Shown: positions 1 to 10,770 of the stretch, in pieces | Position numbering within the stretch: the stretch's first letter is position 1 | Layout of the letters: each line of letters starts with the position of its first letter | Source of the DNA: an uncultured Gemmatimonadales bacterium | Lineage (GTDB): Bacteria > Gemmatimonadota > Gemmatimonadetes > Palauibacterales > Palauibacteraceae | Reading direction: 5' to 3' | Assembly: GCA_963783385.1 (NCBI GenBank) | Contig: CAWANJ010000001.1 | Location: 384,001 to 448,000 of the forward strand | Length of the DNA: 64,000 nucleotides | Translations under genes and position numbers: made by a program | Notes under the pieces: generated by a model | The model's input: the letters and a program-made list of their open reading frames with translations, nothing else | The model's database searches: none | What the model was told of the DNA's origin: nothing

Positions 1-476
1 AGCAGGTGGTAGGCGACCACGATGGCCAGTCCGACGGACAGGAGCATGTAGGGCGACAGGCCGAGGCCGAGCCCGATCGCGAAGGTCGAGAAGGCGTCCA
101 CGAGGTGATCCAGGTAGAAGCCATAGCGGGGCCGCTCGATCCGCCGGTGGCGGGCCAGGGACCCATCGAGGCTGTCACCGAACCACTGGACGACGAGGCA
201 GCCGCTGGCCGCCCACAGCCACGCCGGCGAACGGTTGCTGAGCAGATAGGCGGCTGCCGCCCCCAGCGACGCGATCACCCCGAGGGCCGTCATGTGGTCC
301 GGGGTCACGCGGGCCGGAAGCCTCGCCGCCAACCAGGGAAGGACCCGGGCCTCGAGGCTCCGCAGAGCGAAGCGGGAAGTGCGCTCGTGCTCGGGGACCG
401 CTGCCGCGCCGGGGTCACTGCTATCGGGTGGCGAGGGAGGGCCCTCGGCGCCGCGGTCAGAAATCGGGCCGTGCAT
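1..476 (-). CDS. CDP-alcohol phosphatidyltransferase family protein (3' end runs off the window)
   Basis: Absent from the ORF track; translated by hand from ATG 476, with GAGGAGG upstream. Reads ...VTPDHMTALG...WFGDSLDGSLARHRRIERPRYGFYLDHLVD, matching the DxxDGxxAR...GxxxDxxxD signature. Confidence 0.85.
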   Translation of the reverse strand, partial: MHGPISDRGAEGPPSPPDSSDPGAAAVPEHERTSRFALRSLEARVLPWLAARLPARVTPDHMTALGVIASLGAAAAYLLSNRSPAWLWAASGCLVVQWFGDSLDGSLARHRRIERPRYGFYLDHLVDAFSTFAIGLGLGLSPYMLLSVGLAIVVAYHL

Positions 477-586
477 ACGACCTCCTCGACAGAGGGGCTC
501 GGAGGGCGACATGGCGGGCCGCGTCGGCCGGTCCGCTCTCCCGCCAGCCTACGAGGAGGCCCGCCGGGGAGATTCGGCGGACCGGA

Positions 587-2077
587 TCAGCGCGTGAGCA
601 CCCTCGCCACGGCGTCCTTCCAGTGGCGAACGCGGCGCTCGCGATCCTCGGGGGCGATCGACGGGTCCCAGCGCCGGTCGCGCCGCCAGTGACTCTCGAC
701 GTCCTCCAGGCCCGCGTACACGCCCGCCTGGAGCCCCGCCAGATAGGCGGCGCCGAGCGCGGTGGTCTCGGTCACCTCGGGCCGCTCCACCGGCATCCCC
801 ACCAGATCGGCGACCATCTCCATCCCCAGGTCGTTCCGAGACAGGCCGCCGTCGACCCGGAGCACCGACGGTACGACAGCCGTGTCCGCCTGCATGGCCT
901 CGAGCAGGTCTCCGGTCTGGAATGCGACCGCCTCGAGTGCCGCCCGGGCGATCTCGGCCGGGCCCGTGTCCCTTCCCAACCCGAGCAACGCTCCCCGTGC
1001 GTCGGGGTCCCAGTGGGGCGCGCCGAGGCCGGTGAAGGCGGGCACCAGGACGACCTCGCTGTCGGCGCGGGCCTCCCTTGCCAGCACCTCGCTCGCGGCC
1101 GGGTCCTCCAGGATTCCGAGGCCCTCCCGCAGCCACCCTACCGCGGAGCCGGCGCTGAAGATGCTCCCCTCGAGGGCGTAGGTCACCTCGCCACCGAGCC
1201 GCCACGCCACGGTGGTGAGCAGGCGGTTGCGCGAGGCGACCGGATCCCGGCCCGTGACGAGGAGCAGGAAGGCCCCCGTTCCGTAGGTGCACTTGGCCGC
1301 GCCGGCCCGGAAGGCGGCCTGCCCGAAGGTGGCCGCCTGCTGGTCGCCGGCTACCCCGCCGATCGGAATGGCGCGGCCGAACAGGCCGGGCTCGGTCTCG
1401 CCGAAGGAGCCGGAGGAATCCCGCACCTCGGGGAGCACCGCGGCCGGAATCCCGAAGGTCTCCAGGAGCTCCTCGTCCCATCGCTGGTCGTGGATGTCGA
1501 ACAGGAGGGTCCTCGAGGCATTGGTCGCGTCGGTGGCGTGCACCCGGCCCCCGGTCAGGTGCCAGACGAGCCAGCTGTCCACCGTGCCGAAGGCCAGCTC
1601 GCCGCGCCCGGCCGCCTCTCGGGCTCCGTCGACGTGCTCCAGGAGCCAGGCCAGCTTGGTGGCCGAGAAATACGGATCCAGCAGCAGCCCCGTCTTCCGC
1701 CGCACCTCCGGCTCCAGGCCCCTCTCGCGCAGCGCGTCGCACAGCGGCGCGGTCCGCCGGTCCTGCCATACGATGGCCGGGTGCACCGGCCGACCCGTGG
1801 CCCGCTCCCACAGGAGCGTGGTCTCCCGCTGGTTGGTGATCCCGAGCGCCGCCACCCGGCCCGCGGAGGCCTCGGCCCGCTCGAGCGCCTCGCGGCACAC
1901 CGCCACCGCGTCGTCGCGGATTCGGGCCGGATCGTGCTCCACGCGTCCCGGGCCCGGATACGACTGGGGCAGCTCGCGGCGGGCCGTCACGACCGGCCGA
2001 CCATCGGCATCGAAGGCGATGGCCCGGGTCGACGTCGTGCCCTGGTCCAGGGCCAGGAGGAGAGGCTCGTCGCTCAA
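587..2077 (-). CDS. glpK: Glycerol kinase
   Basis: LALDQGTTSTRA, GITNQRETT, GDQQAA, KCTYGTG, YALEGS and PAFTGLGAPHWD motifs. Start moved to TTG 2077 within ORF 587..2215. Confidence 0.95.
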   Translation of the reverse strand: MSDEPLLLALDQGTTSTRAIAFDADGRPVVTARRELPQSYPGPGRVEHDPARIRDDAVAVCREALERAEASAGRVAALGITNQRETTLLWERATGRPVHPAIVWQDRRTAPLCDALRERGLEPEVRRKTGLLLDPYFSATKLAWLLEHVDGAREAAGRGELAFGTVDSWLVWHLTGGRVHATDATNASRTLLFDIHDQRWDEELLETFGIPAAVLPEVRDSSGSFGETEPGLFGRAIPIGGVAGDQQAATFGQAAFRAGAAKCTYGTGAFLLLVTGRDPVASRNRLLTTVAWRLGGEVTYALEGSIFSAGSAVGWLREGLGILEDPAASEVLAREARADSEVVLVPAFTGLGAPHWDPDARGALLGLGRDTGPAEIARAALEAVAFQTGDLLEAMQADTAVVPSVLRVDGGLSRNDLGMEMVADLVGMPVERPEVTETTALGAAYLAGLQAGVYAGLEDVESHWRRDRRWDPSIAPEDRERRVRHWKDAVARVLTR

Positions 2078-2273
2078 GAGCCGGGCGCTTCCGACCAGGC
2101 GAACCCGGGAGCGAGCCCGACATCCTCCGGCATGCTCTCGTCCGCCGTCACCCTGGACAGCCGGACGCCGCTCGCCGGCTCGGTCTCGACACCGGCCTCG
2201 CGGCAGCGCTGCCACTCGCGGCGCACGTCACGGAGCCCAGCTTGTTCCCGATTTCGTACACATCCATTCCCAT

Positions 2274-2305
2274 TGACAGGATAGGGGGGCCTTGGCAGTA
2301 TTTAC
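2274..2305 (+). promoter_or_regulatory. Putative sigma70-type promoter
   Basis: TTGACA at 2274-2279, then 17 nt, then CAGTAT/TATTTA, in a locally AT-rich patch. Confidence 0.45.
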
Positions 2306-2329
2306 ATAGGGGCTGGATTCATATAAGGG

Positions 2330-2449
2330 CCGGTGGGTTACGCGCGCTGCCGAGTCCGGCCCAACCGGAGGTGCCTGGTGAACCAAGCCTTCACAGCCAG
2401 AGTCCCCGAGACCCGTCCGGTCACGTAGGTGAAGGGACGTTCGGGACTC
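2330..2449 (+). ncRNA. Candidate structured leader RNA or sRNA containing a 16-codon ORF (2378-2428)
   Basis: Three hairpins visible by eye; GGAGG at 2367-2371 precedes GTG 2378. Family not recognised. Confidence 0.35.
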
Positions 2450-2610
2450 GGTTCCATCCCCGTCACCGCTCGCCATGACCCCATGATCCATCGGACGTTA
2501 AGTCTTCGGAGGCGTCCCATACAATGGGCCGGCAGCGCTCCGGGGGCGAACCGATCGGAGGCCGGCCGTCGGCGCCCGGTGACACGTCGGGGACCCGGCG
2601 CGTCCATCGC

Positions 2611-3771
2611 ATGCCAATGAGTACGACGGATCCGGGCACCGCAGACACGCACGACGCCTACCTCCAGGCCGTGTTCGATACGGTCCGTGACCCCCTGCTG
2701 ATCCTCGACGACCGACTCCGGGTGGAAGCCTCGAACCAGGCCTTCGGGCGCACCTTCGGCCTCCGCGCTCCCGCGGTCCTGGGGACCTCGATCTTCGAGC
2801 TGGGCGACGGCGACTGGGACATCCCCGTGCTCCGAGCACGGCTGAACGAGATCCTCGAACGGGCGGTCACCTTCGAGGACCTGGAAGTGGAACACGAGTT
2901 CCGGGGAATCGGCCCGCGGATCCTCCACCTCAACGCCCGGCGGCTCCAGCGCTCCGGCGATCAGCGCACGCGGATCCTCCTCTCTCTACACGACGTGACG
3001 GTCCCGGTCCAGGCCCGGCGCGCGCTCCGCCGGCAGGCCCAGGCCCTGGCCCGCTCCAACGAGGAGCTGGAGCAGTTCGCGTACGTGGCATCGCACGACC
3101 TCCAGGAGCCGCTCCGCATGGTGTCGAGCTACGTCCAGCTCCTGGCCCGGCGGTACGAGGGGCAGCTGGACGAGGACGCGGACAAGTTCATCGCCTACGC
3201 TGTGGACGGGGCCCGGCGAATGAAGTCCCTCCTCAGCGACCTCCTGACCTACTCCCGGGTGGGTCGGGTCGGAGACGACTTCGAGGAGGTCGACCTGGAG
3301 CGCGTGGTGGACGACGTGCTCGAAGACCTGCATCTGCGCGCCGAGGAGCTGGGCGCACGGATCGAGCGGAGGGGACTTCCCCGCGTGTACGGCAGCCCGA
3401 GTCAGCTGCGACAACTGTTCGAGAACCTGGTGCGCAACGCGCTCGACCATCACGGCGAGCCGCCTCCGCGCGTCCGGATCGAGGCAGAGGAAGACGACGC
3501 GGGCGCCTGGACCGTCACGGTGCGCGACGAGGGGCCTGGGATCGCATCGGAGCACCACGAGCGGGTGTTCGAGATCTTCCGTCGCCTGGCGCCCCGCGAC
3601 GATGCGTCGGGCTCCGGCATCGGCCTGGCGATCTGCCGAAAGATCGTGCGCGCCCACGACGGCCGCATCTGGGTCGAGTCCGAGCCCGGACGGGGGGCCG
3701 CCTTCCGCTTCACGCTTCCGAGGACCGCCGATGCCGCCGCCACGACCTTCATCGAGGGCGTCTATCCATGA
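2611..3771 (+). CDS. PAS-domain sensor histidine kinase (Cph1/bacteriophytochrome-type HisKA + HATPase)
   Basis: N-terminal PAS; H-box [20 protein letters not shown]; N-box ENLVRNA; DEGPGI and GSGIGLAIC. Confidence 0.92.
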   Translation: MPMSTTDPGTADTHDAYLQAVFDTVRDPLLILDDRLRVEASNQAFGRTFGLRAPAVLGTSIFELGDGDWDIPVLRARLNEILERAVTFEDLEVEHEFRGIGPRILHLNARRLQRSGDQRTRILLSLHDVTVPVQARRALRRQAQALARSNEELEQFAYVASHDLQEPLRMVSSYVQLLARRYEGQLDEDADKFIAYAVDGARRMKSLLSDLLTYSRVGRVGDDFEEVDLERVVDDVLEDLHLRAEELGARIERRGLPRVYGSPSQLRQLFENLVRNALDHHGEPPPRVRIEAEEDDAGAWTVTVRDEGPGIASEHHERVFEIFRRLAPRDDASGSGIGLAICRKIVRAHDGRIWVESEPGRGAAFRFTLPRTADAAATTFIEGVYP

Positions 3772-4223
3772 TCCAGGACGAAACCCACCACCGCCCGATC
3801 GAGATCCACCTGGTCGAGGACAACCCCGGGGACGTCCGGCTCACGCGCGAGGCGCTGTCGGAGGCCAAGGTCCGCAACCGGCTCACGGTGTCCAGGACCG
3901 GTCGGGAGGCGCTCGAGCACCTGCGGGCCGGTGGGGAGCCCGGTCGACGTCCCGACCTCGTGCTCCTCGACCTCAACCTCCCCGACATGAGCGGCCACGA
4001 GATCCTCGCTTCGATCAAGGAGGACCCGGAGCTGCGCGACATCCCCGTCGTCATCCTCACCAGCTCCGAGGCGGAGGAGGACGTGGTGAGGAGCTACCGG
4101 GCCCACGCCAACGCCTACGTCACCAAGCCCGTGGACCTGGATGGCCTGGCGCAGATCGTCCAGTCCATCGATGGCTTCTGGTTCTCGGTGGTGCGCCTGC
4201 CCACACACCGGCATGAACGTTAG
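3768..4223 (+). CDS. Single-domain response regulator (Rcp1-like)
   Basis: [34 protein letters not shown]; ATGA overlap with the kinase stop. Confidence 0.93.
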   Translation: MIQDETHHRPIEIHLVEDNPGDVRLTREALSEAKVRNRLTVSRTGREALEHLRAGGEPGRRPDLVLLDLNLPDMSGHEILASIKEDPELRDIPVVILTSSEAEEDVVRSYRAHANAYVTKPVDLDGLAQIVQSIDGFWFSVVRLPTHRHER

Positions 4224-7200
4224 TCCGAGGTCGGAGCGGCCCGTCCGCGTCCTCCTCATCGAGGACAACCCCGGAGACGCGCGACTGCTGCGGGAGGTGG
4301 CGTCGGACTGCCCCGGACTGTCGGCCGAGATCGCCTGGCGGCCAACCCTGGCGGAGGGTCTCCGCCACCTGGAGGAGGCCGAGGTCGACGCCGTGCTCGC
4401 TGATCTCGGCCTGCCCGACTCGGATGGCCTCGGCACGCTGCGAGCCCTGAATCCCCACCGGCTGGTGCCGCCGGTCATCGTGCTCACCGGACGCACGGAC
4501 GGCGAGCTGACGGCCGCCAGCCTCCGTGAAGGCGCCCAGGACTACCTGGTCAAGGACGGCCTGGAGCCCCAGCACCTGGAGCGGAGCATCCGCTACGCGA
4601 TTGCGCGGCGCGGCGCGGAGTTCGAGAGGATGCGGGCCGAGCAGCGCTACAGGAGCCTGTTCGAAGCCTCCTCGGAGGCTTTCCTCCTGGTCGATCAGGA
4701 GGGCGCGATCCGGGACCTGAACCCCGCGGCCGAGGCCCTGTTCGGATACGCGGCCGGCGACCTGTTGGGCCGAAGCGTGGAGGTCCTCTTGCCCGTCGGG
4801 GCGCGGTCCATCCACCGCCGCGAGCGTGCCAACTACCAGTCCAATCCCGAACCGGGGATCAAGCACTCCCCACGCGAGCTGATCGCGCTCTGCCAGGACG
4901 GCACGAAGCGGGACGTCGACATCGGACTGTCTCCCATGTCCAGCGATGGGAGCACGTGGACGGTCGCCGCCGTGCGCGACATCACCGATCGCAAGCAGGC
5001 CCAGCGCTCCCTCGAGGAGAGCGCGAGACGCCTGCGGGAGGCGCAGCGCATCGCTGGACTGGGACACTGGGAATGGGACCTCGGCGGCGACGTGATACAC
5101 TGGTCCGGGGAGACGGCGCGCATCTTCGGAGTGACCGGAGATGACGTCCGCCTGACGACCGGTGAGTTCCTCGATCTCCTCCATCCCGAGGACCGGAAGC
5201 GCGTGATCGAGCAGTTCGACGCGCTCGACGAGGGAAAGGACCAGACCGAGATCTTGCTGCGCGTCCTACGACCCGACGGCGAGCTGCGCTTCGTGCTCTC
5301 ACGCGCCGAGGTGCGGGAGCGCTCTGCCGGGCGACCGACCCTGATGACGGGCATCATCTACAATGTGACGGACCAAGAGCGGACCCAGCAGGCGCTGCTG
5401 CAAAGCGAGAGCCGGTTCCGGATGGCATTCGACCATGCGGCGACCGGTATGGCGCTGATCAACGACGAGGGCCGCTTCCTGGAGGTGAACGACGCGTTGT
5501 GCAAGCTGCTGGCGTACCCGCGCGAGGCGCTTCGCGACAAGAGCTTCCTGGACATCACGCATCCGGATGACGCCGGGCTGAGCCTCGGCCAGTTAGCGCG
5601 TCACCTCGGCGGCGACATTGAGCCCTTCTCCCTCGAGAAGCGCTACATCCGCCGAGATGGACGACAGATCTGGGCGCAGGTGAGCGTGGCGCCGTTTCCG
5701 TCGGCCGGCGGCGACACGATCCGATTCATCTCGCAGATCCAGGACATCACGGAGCGTAAGGAGGCCGTGCAGCAGCTCCGGCGCTCGGAGGCCAAGTACG
5801 CGCAGGTGTTCCAGACCAGTCCCGTGGGCATCACGATCACGACCCTGGACGGCAGCCGCTTCCTCGAGGTGAACCCGGCCTTCGCTGCGCTGTTCGGCTG
5901 CGCTCCGGAGGAGATGAGTGGACCACACGGCCCTGGAGCTGGACATGTGGGCCAACGCCGCCGACCGCGCCGAGCTCGTGCGGCGGGTCCGGGCCGGGCA
6001 GGGCGCCTCGCCCATGGAGAGCCAGGTGCGCAGGCGCTCGGGCGAGCTCGTCCCGATCGAGATCTCCGGAGGAGACGCTCGAGATCGACGGCGTGGACTG
6101 CCTGGTGGCGCTCACTCGGGACGTGTCGGAGCGGCAGCGGCTCCAGCGGGAGCTGGAGCGGCAGGCCCTATACGACAGCCTCACGGGCCTCCCCAACCGA
6201 TCCCTGTTCCGCGACCGGCTCGAGCACGCCCTGGCCCGGTCTTCGCGCTCGACCATCTGCGTGTCGGTGGCCCTCCTCGACCTGGACCGCTTCAAGATCG
6301 TGAACGACAGCCTCGGTCACGGCCGGGGCGACGAACTCCTGGCCGCCGTGGCCCAGCGCCTCGAGAGTTCGGTTCGGGGCCCGGACACCCTCGCCCGCCT
6401 GGGAGGCGACGAGTTCGCGGTCCTCGTCGAGACCGTGGACGCGACGGACGTCGAACCGATCGTCGGTCGACTTCTCGACACGTTCGAGGAGCCCTTCCCC
6501 ATCGGGGAGGGGACCATCCACGTGTCGGCCAGCGTCGGCGTCGCGACGAGCTCGGCGGTGATCGGGACCGCCGACGAGCTGCTCCGGCTCGCGGACGTGG
6601 CCATGTACGAGGCCAAGCGGCAGACGGGCAGCCAGATCCACGTCTTCGATACGACCACGGACGTTGTCGAGACCCACCGCATGCGGCGGGAGACGCAGCT
6701 GCACGTCGCCCTCGACCGGGACGAGTTCCGCCTCTTCTACCAGCCGGTCGTGGAGCTGGCCTCGGGCCGCATCGTGGGGGCGGAGGCGCTCATCCGCTGG
6801 CAGCACCGCATCGGACGGTCTCCTCTTACCGGGCGAGTTCATCCCCATCAGCCGAGGAGACCGGCCTCATCGTGCCGATCGGGACCTGGGTGAAGCACAC
6901 GGCCTGCGCCCGGGCCAGAGCGTGGATCGATGCCTACGGGCAGCCGGACTTCGTGATCAACGTGAACCTGTCGGCGCTGCACTTCGAACAGCCCGACTTC
7001 CTGGAGCGCATCGACGACACCCTGCGGTCGAGCGGGCTCGAAGCTCCCAACCTGCAGCTCGAGCTGACCGAGCGGTCCCTGCTCGGCAGCCTGTCCCACC
7101 TGGCCAGACTGCGCGAGCGGGGCGTGCGCGTCGCCATCGACGACTTCGGGACGGGGTACTCGTCGCTCGAGTACGTGACCCGGCTCGAAGTGGACACCCT

Positions 7201-7432
7201 GAAGATCGACCGCTTGATCATCCGTGGCGTGGGCCAGGACCCGCGCCACACGGCCATCGTGGAGTCCATCCTGCTCGTCGCCGACCGCCTCGGGCCACAG
7301 GTCGTCGCGGAGGGAATCGAGACCGAGGCGCAGCGGGCCACGCTCCAGGAGCTGGGCTGCCGCTACGGCCAGGGCTACCTGCTCGGGCGACCCATGCCCC
7401 CGGAGGCGTTCGAGGAGCTCCTGCGCGGATGA
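4213..7432 (+). CDS. REC-PAS(x4)-GGDEF-EAL diguanylate cyclase/phosphodiesterase, frameshifted at ~5917, ~6070, ~6810 and ~6850
   Basis: Stitched from ORFs 4141..6303, 5918..7432, 6093..6893 and 6664..8364. Motifs intact: [14 protein letters not shown]-site, [37 protein letters not shown]. Confidence 0.85.
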
Positions 7433-7448
7433 GGGCCCGAATGTGGAA

Positions 7449-7472
7449 GAGGGGCCGCCCTGGCGGCCCCTC
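7449..7472. terminator. GC-rich hairpin between convergent genes (probable bidirectional terminator)
   Basis: GAGGGGCCGCC-CT-GGCGGCCCCTC perfect inverted repeat; no clear U tract. Confidence 0.55.
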
Positions 7473-7500
7473 GGTGCGCTACGCGGATCGAGGGACGGGA

Positions 7501-7929
7501 TCAGCCGATCGCGACCAGCTCGATCTCGAACGTGAGGTCGCGGCCCGCCAGCGGATGGTTGGCGTCCAGCGTGACCATGTCGTCCTCGAGCGCCGCCACC
7601 GACACGGCGAACCGGTTGCCGTCGGGGTCCTTGGCCTCGAGGCGATCGCCCACGTCCGGATCCACGTCCTCGGGAAGCTGGTCGAGACCGATGCTGAACA
7701 CGAGCTCGTCCGAGCGCTCCCCGTACGCCTCATCGGGCCCGAAGGTGGCCGAGCGGGTCTGTCCCGGCTTCATCCCCACGACCGCGTTCTCGAACCCGGG
7801 GATCAGGTCCCCGGAGCCGATCGTGAAGGTGAGCGGCTCGCGGTTCTCCGAACTGTCGAACACGGTGCCGTCCTCGAGCGTGCCGGTGTACTGCACGGTC
7901 ACCGTGTCGCCCGTCTTCGCCTGGCTCAT
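7501..7929 (-). CDS. FKBP-type peptidyl-prolyl cis-trans isomerase (SlyD/FkpB-like, no His-rich tail)
   Basis: GDTVTVQYTGTLEDGTVFDSS, LIPGFE, AYG, LDANHPLAGRDLTFEIELV. Confidence 0.93.
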   Translation of the reverse strand: MSQAKTGDTVTVQYTGTLEDGTVFDSSENREPLTFTIGSGDLIPGFENAVVGMKPGQTRSATFGPDEAYGERSDELVFSIGLDQLPEDVDPDVGDRLEAKDPDGNRFAVSVAALEDDMVTLDANHPLAGRDLTFEIELVAIG

Positions 7930-8252
7930 GGTCGCTCCCGTCATGGGGTCGGTGGATGCGTCGGCGCCCGGCTCGTCCGGGCCGTGGGTCGTGGGTCGTG
8001 CTCCAACACGATCGAGCACAGATCGTTCCTCGGCTCCCCGCCGGGCTGGGCGACCGCCACCACCCGATCACGACCCCCTCGGCAGCCGCACTCATGCCCG
8101 CGGCCGGGCGCTCTCTGTCGGGCTCCGCCCCACACCCGGTCGCCGACTTGTCCGGACAGTCCGCCCCCCGCTGCGCCGCTAGTTTGGACAGGCGGCACCC
8201 GAGACCGCATGACGCGGTCCGGGCCGACCCTCCTCCCACCGCGGAGGCGACC

Positions 8253-8696
8253 ATGTCCGTGGGTAGGATCTGCAGCCGAGTCGTGGTCACGGCGCATCCG
8301 GGCGACAGCGTCAGGGAGGCCGCCATCCGAATGGGGCGACACGACGTGGGAACGCTCGTCGTGATCGACGAGGACGCGATTCCCACGGGAATCCTGACGG
8401 ACCGCGACATCGCGCTCCGCTGCGTCGGCCGAAGCCTCGATCCCGACGCGACCGAGGTCGCGGACATCATGACCGCGCCCGTGAGCACCGCCGGCGAGCA
8501 CCTGCCGATCGAGGAGGCCGTAGGCCGCATGGCGGGCGCCGGCACCCGGCGCCTGGTCATCACGGACTCCTCCGACCGTCTGGTGGGCATCCTGGCGATG
8601 GACGACGTGCTCGACCTCCTGGTCGAGGAGGCGAGCGACCTGGGCCGTATCCTCCGGCATCAGACGGGCACCGCCAGGCCGGTCCTCCCGACCTGA
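8253..8696 (+). CDS. CBS-domain pair protein
   Basis: GILTDRDI, VADIMT, LVGILAMDD; GGAGG upstream of ATG 8253. Confidence 0.88.
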   Translation: MSVGRICSRVVVTAHPGDSVREAAIRMGRHDVGTLVVIDEDAIPTGILTDRDIALRCVGRSLDPDATEVADIMTAPVSTAGEHLPIEEAVGRMAGAGTRRLVITDSSDRLVGILAMDDVLDLLVEEASDLGRILRHQTGTARPVLPT

Positions 8697-8835
8697 GGGC
8701 GCCCGGTCGCCCCGCGTCGGGACGTGCGCCCCTCGACGTTCAGGTAACGGTTCGCGTGCGCATGGGTGGCCTCGAGTCGCCATCCTCCGGGGGCGTGTGG
8801 AGGACGGAGGCGCGGACCCGCTCGAGGAGCGCGAC

Positions 8836-9996
8836 ATGAACGACGAGCCTGCCCGACCCATCGACCAGAAGGTGGTGCTCGGCGCCCGCGAGGTCGTCGT
8901 GCTGCTGCTGGGCGTCGCCTCCAGCCTGCTGCTCGGTGTCTTCCTCTGGCCCTTCCTGGCCGCCATCGTGACCAGCGCCACCATCGCCGCGCTGGCGTAC
9001 CCCGGCTACCGGTGGCTGGAGCGCCGGATCGGGGAACCCAACGTGTCGGCCTTCCTCGGGACGGCCATCCTGTTCTTTCTCGTGCTCTTGCCCCTCGTCG
9101 GGCTCTCGATCGCCCTCATCGGCGACGTGCACGCCAACATCGACCAGCTCAGCCGGGAGCTGGGCCGGCGGCTGGGCCAGGGCGGCGAGCTCCGCCGGTG
9201 GGCCGAGGACCTGGGACGGTCCCTCGGCATCCCCCCGGGGCACGTCTCCGAGCAGATTGGCCGGCAGCTCCAGGCGCTGCCGAACCTGGTGACCGAGCGC
9301 ACCCTGAGCTTCGTGTCGGGCCTGGGGGGCTGGCTGTTCCAGGGAGGCGCCGCCCTGTTCACGCTGTTCTTCATGTTACGCGACGGTCCAGGGCTCGTGA
9401 AGCTGTTCGCCTGGCTCCTCCCCCTCGAGCAGGACTACAGGGATCGACTCGTCGCGAGGGCCCGCGAAGTCACCTACGCGACCGTGTACGGCAACGTCGC
9501 GGTGGCCATCGTGCAGGGCGTCCTGATCGGGCTGGCGTTCTGGGTCCTGGGGCTCCCGGCGGCGGTGCTCTGGGGTACCGTGTCCGCCGTCCTGTCGCTC
9601 CTGCCGGTGGTGGGCGCGCCCGTAGTGTGGGTCCCGGCCGGCGTGATCCTGCTCGTCCACGGTCACATGGGACGGGGGATCGCGCTCCTCCTGTTCGGCT
9701 TCCTCGTGGTGAGCACGGTGGACAACCTGCTGCGGGCCGTGCTCGTGAGCGACCGGGCCCAGCTCCATCCGCTGATCGTGTTCCTCAGCGTCCTGGGTGC
9801 CATCCTCGAGTTCGGGGCGGCCGGCGTGCTGATCGGGCCGGTGCTGTTCGTGGTGTGCCTGTCACTGATCGAGACGGCACGGCTCATCCTGGAGCCGCCG
9901 CACCCGTCGGGGGAGCGGATGCCGGAGGGTGAGCTCCTCATGGACCGGGTGTCGCTGGGAGCCTACCGCTCCTCGTCGGCCGCTCCGAAGGAGTAG
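8836..9996 (+). CDS. AI-2E family transporter
   Basis: Multiple TM segments; LFFMLRDG, LLPVVG, DNLLRAVLV, LIGP. Confidence 0.88.
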   Translation: MNDEPARPIDQKVVLGAREVVVLLLGVASSLLLGVFLWPFLAAIVTSATIAALAYPGYRWLERRIGEPNVSAFLGTAILFFLVLLPLVGLSIALIGDVHANIDQLSRELGRRLGQGGELRRWAEDLGRSLGIPPGHVSEQIGRQLQALPNLVTERTLSFVSGLGGWLFQGGAALFTLFFMLRDGPGLVKLFAWLLPLEQDYRDRLVARAREVTYATVYGNVAVAIVQGVLIGLAFWVLGLPAAVLWGTVSAVLSLLPVVGAPVVWVPAGVILLVHGHMGRGIALLLFGFLVVSTVDNLLRAVLVSDRAQLHPLIVFLSVLGAILEFGAAGVLIGPVLFVVCLSLIETARLILEPPHPSGERMPEGELLMDRVSLGAYRSSSAAPKE

Positions 9997-10006
9997 GCGC
10001 CTCGGC

Positions 10007-10720
10007 TCAGCCCGGGCGCCCGACCGCCGCGGCCAGCCGCGCCAGGGTGTCCCGGTCGAGCCGATGTTCGCCCTCGAAGCCCAGGGTCCGGGCCCCGAGC
10101 CCCGCCGCTTCCAGGCGACGCTCGGCCGTGGACAGCGCATCGGCCCCGAACACCGGGTCCCGGTCGCCCGCCACGAGGAACAGGCGGACCCCGCGGAGCG
10201 CCGCGGCGTGCGACTCGAGGTCCAGGTCGTGCGGCAGGCCCGCGCCCCAGGCGACGGCCGCATCCACGGCGGCGCTTCCAAACGCCAACCAGCGGAACAG
10301 GGTGTGGACGCCCTGCGAGAAGCCGAGAGCGACGCAGCGGACGTCCTGGCGGCGGACGGTCTCGAACACGTGCTCGTACAGCCGGTCCAGCCACGTCACG
10401 TAGTCCTGGATATCCGTGAGGCGGTCCTCGCTGGTCATCCAGGTGGCGCCGACCGTCCGCTCCGCGTGGTCCAGGTAGTAGCGGTGCAGCCCCTCCGGGG
10501 CGACGAGCAGCCGGGAACCATCGTCGAGGACCTCCAGGTAGCGCAGGAAGCGGGGCGCGAGCTGGCCGTAGCCGTGCAGCGCGAACCACACCTCCCGGGG
10601 CGCGCCCGGCTCCCCGCGGACGGCGTAGCGAAGCTGGCGGGGAACGGTCAGGTGACGGACGTCGATCGGATCGGACAGAGCGGCCTCCCCTCGATGGCGC
10701 GCGGACCTCGGTCGGGCCAC
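10007..10720 (-). CDS. Alpha/beta hydrolase (phospholipase/carboxylesterase family)
   Basis: LHGYGQ, nucleophile elbow GFSQG, GDRD, C-terminal GEH. Start uncertain. Confidence 0.85.
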   Translation of the reverse strand: MARPRSARHRGEAALSDPIDVRHLTVPRQLRYAVRGEPGAPREVWFALHGYGQLAPRFLRYLEVLDDGSRLLVAPEGLHRYYLDHAERTVGATWMTSEDRLTDIQDYVTWLDRLYEHVFETVRRQDVRCVALGFSQGVHTLFRWLAFGSAAVDAAVAWGAGLPHDLDLESHAAALRGVRLFLVAGDRDPVFGADALSTAERRLEAAGLGARTLGFEGEHRLDRDTLARLAAAVGRPG

Positions 10721-10770
10721 GGTAGGCGGGAAGGCGGTCCGGGGCCAGTGGGACCGGCCCCGGACGACGA

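Noticed and set aside
2309-2330. tmRNA-like 5' end (GGGGCTGGATTC)
   Set aside because: No tag reading frame ending in ALAA-like residues and no tRNA-like 3' end.
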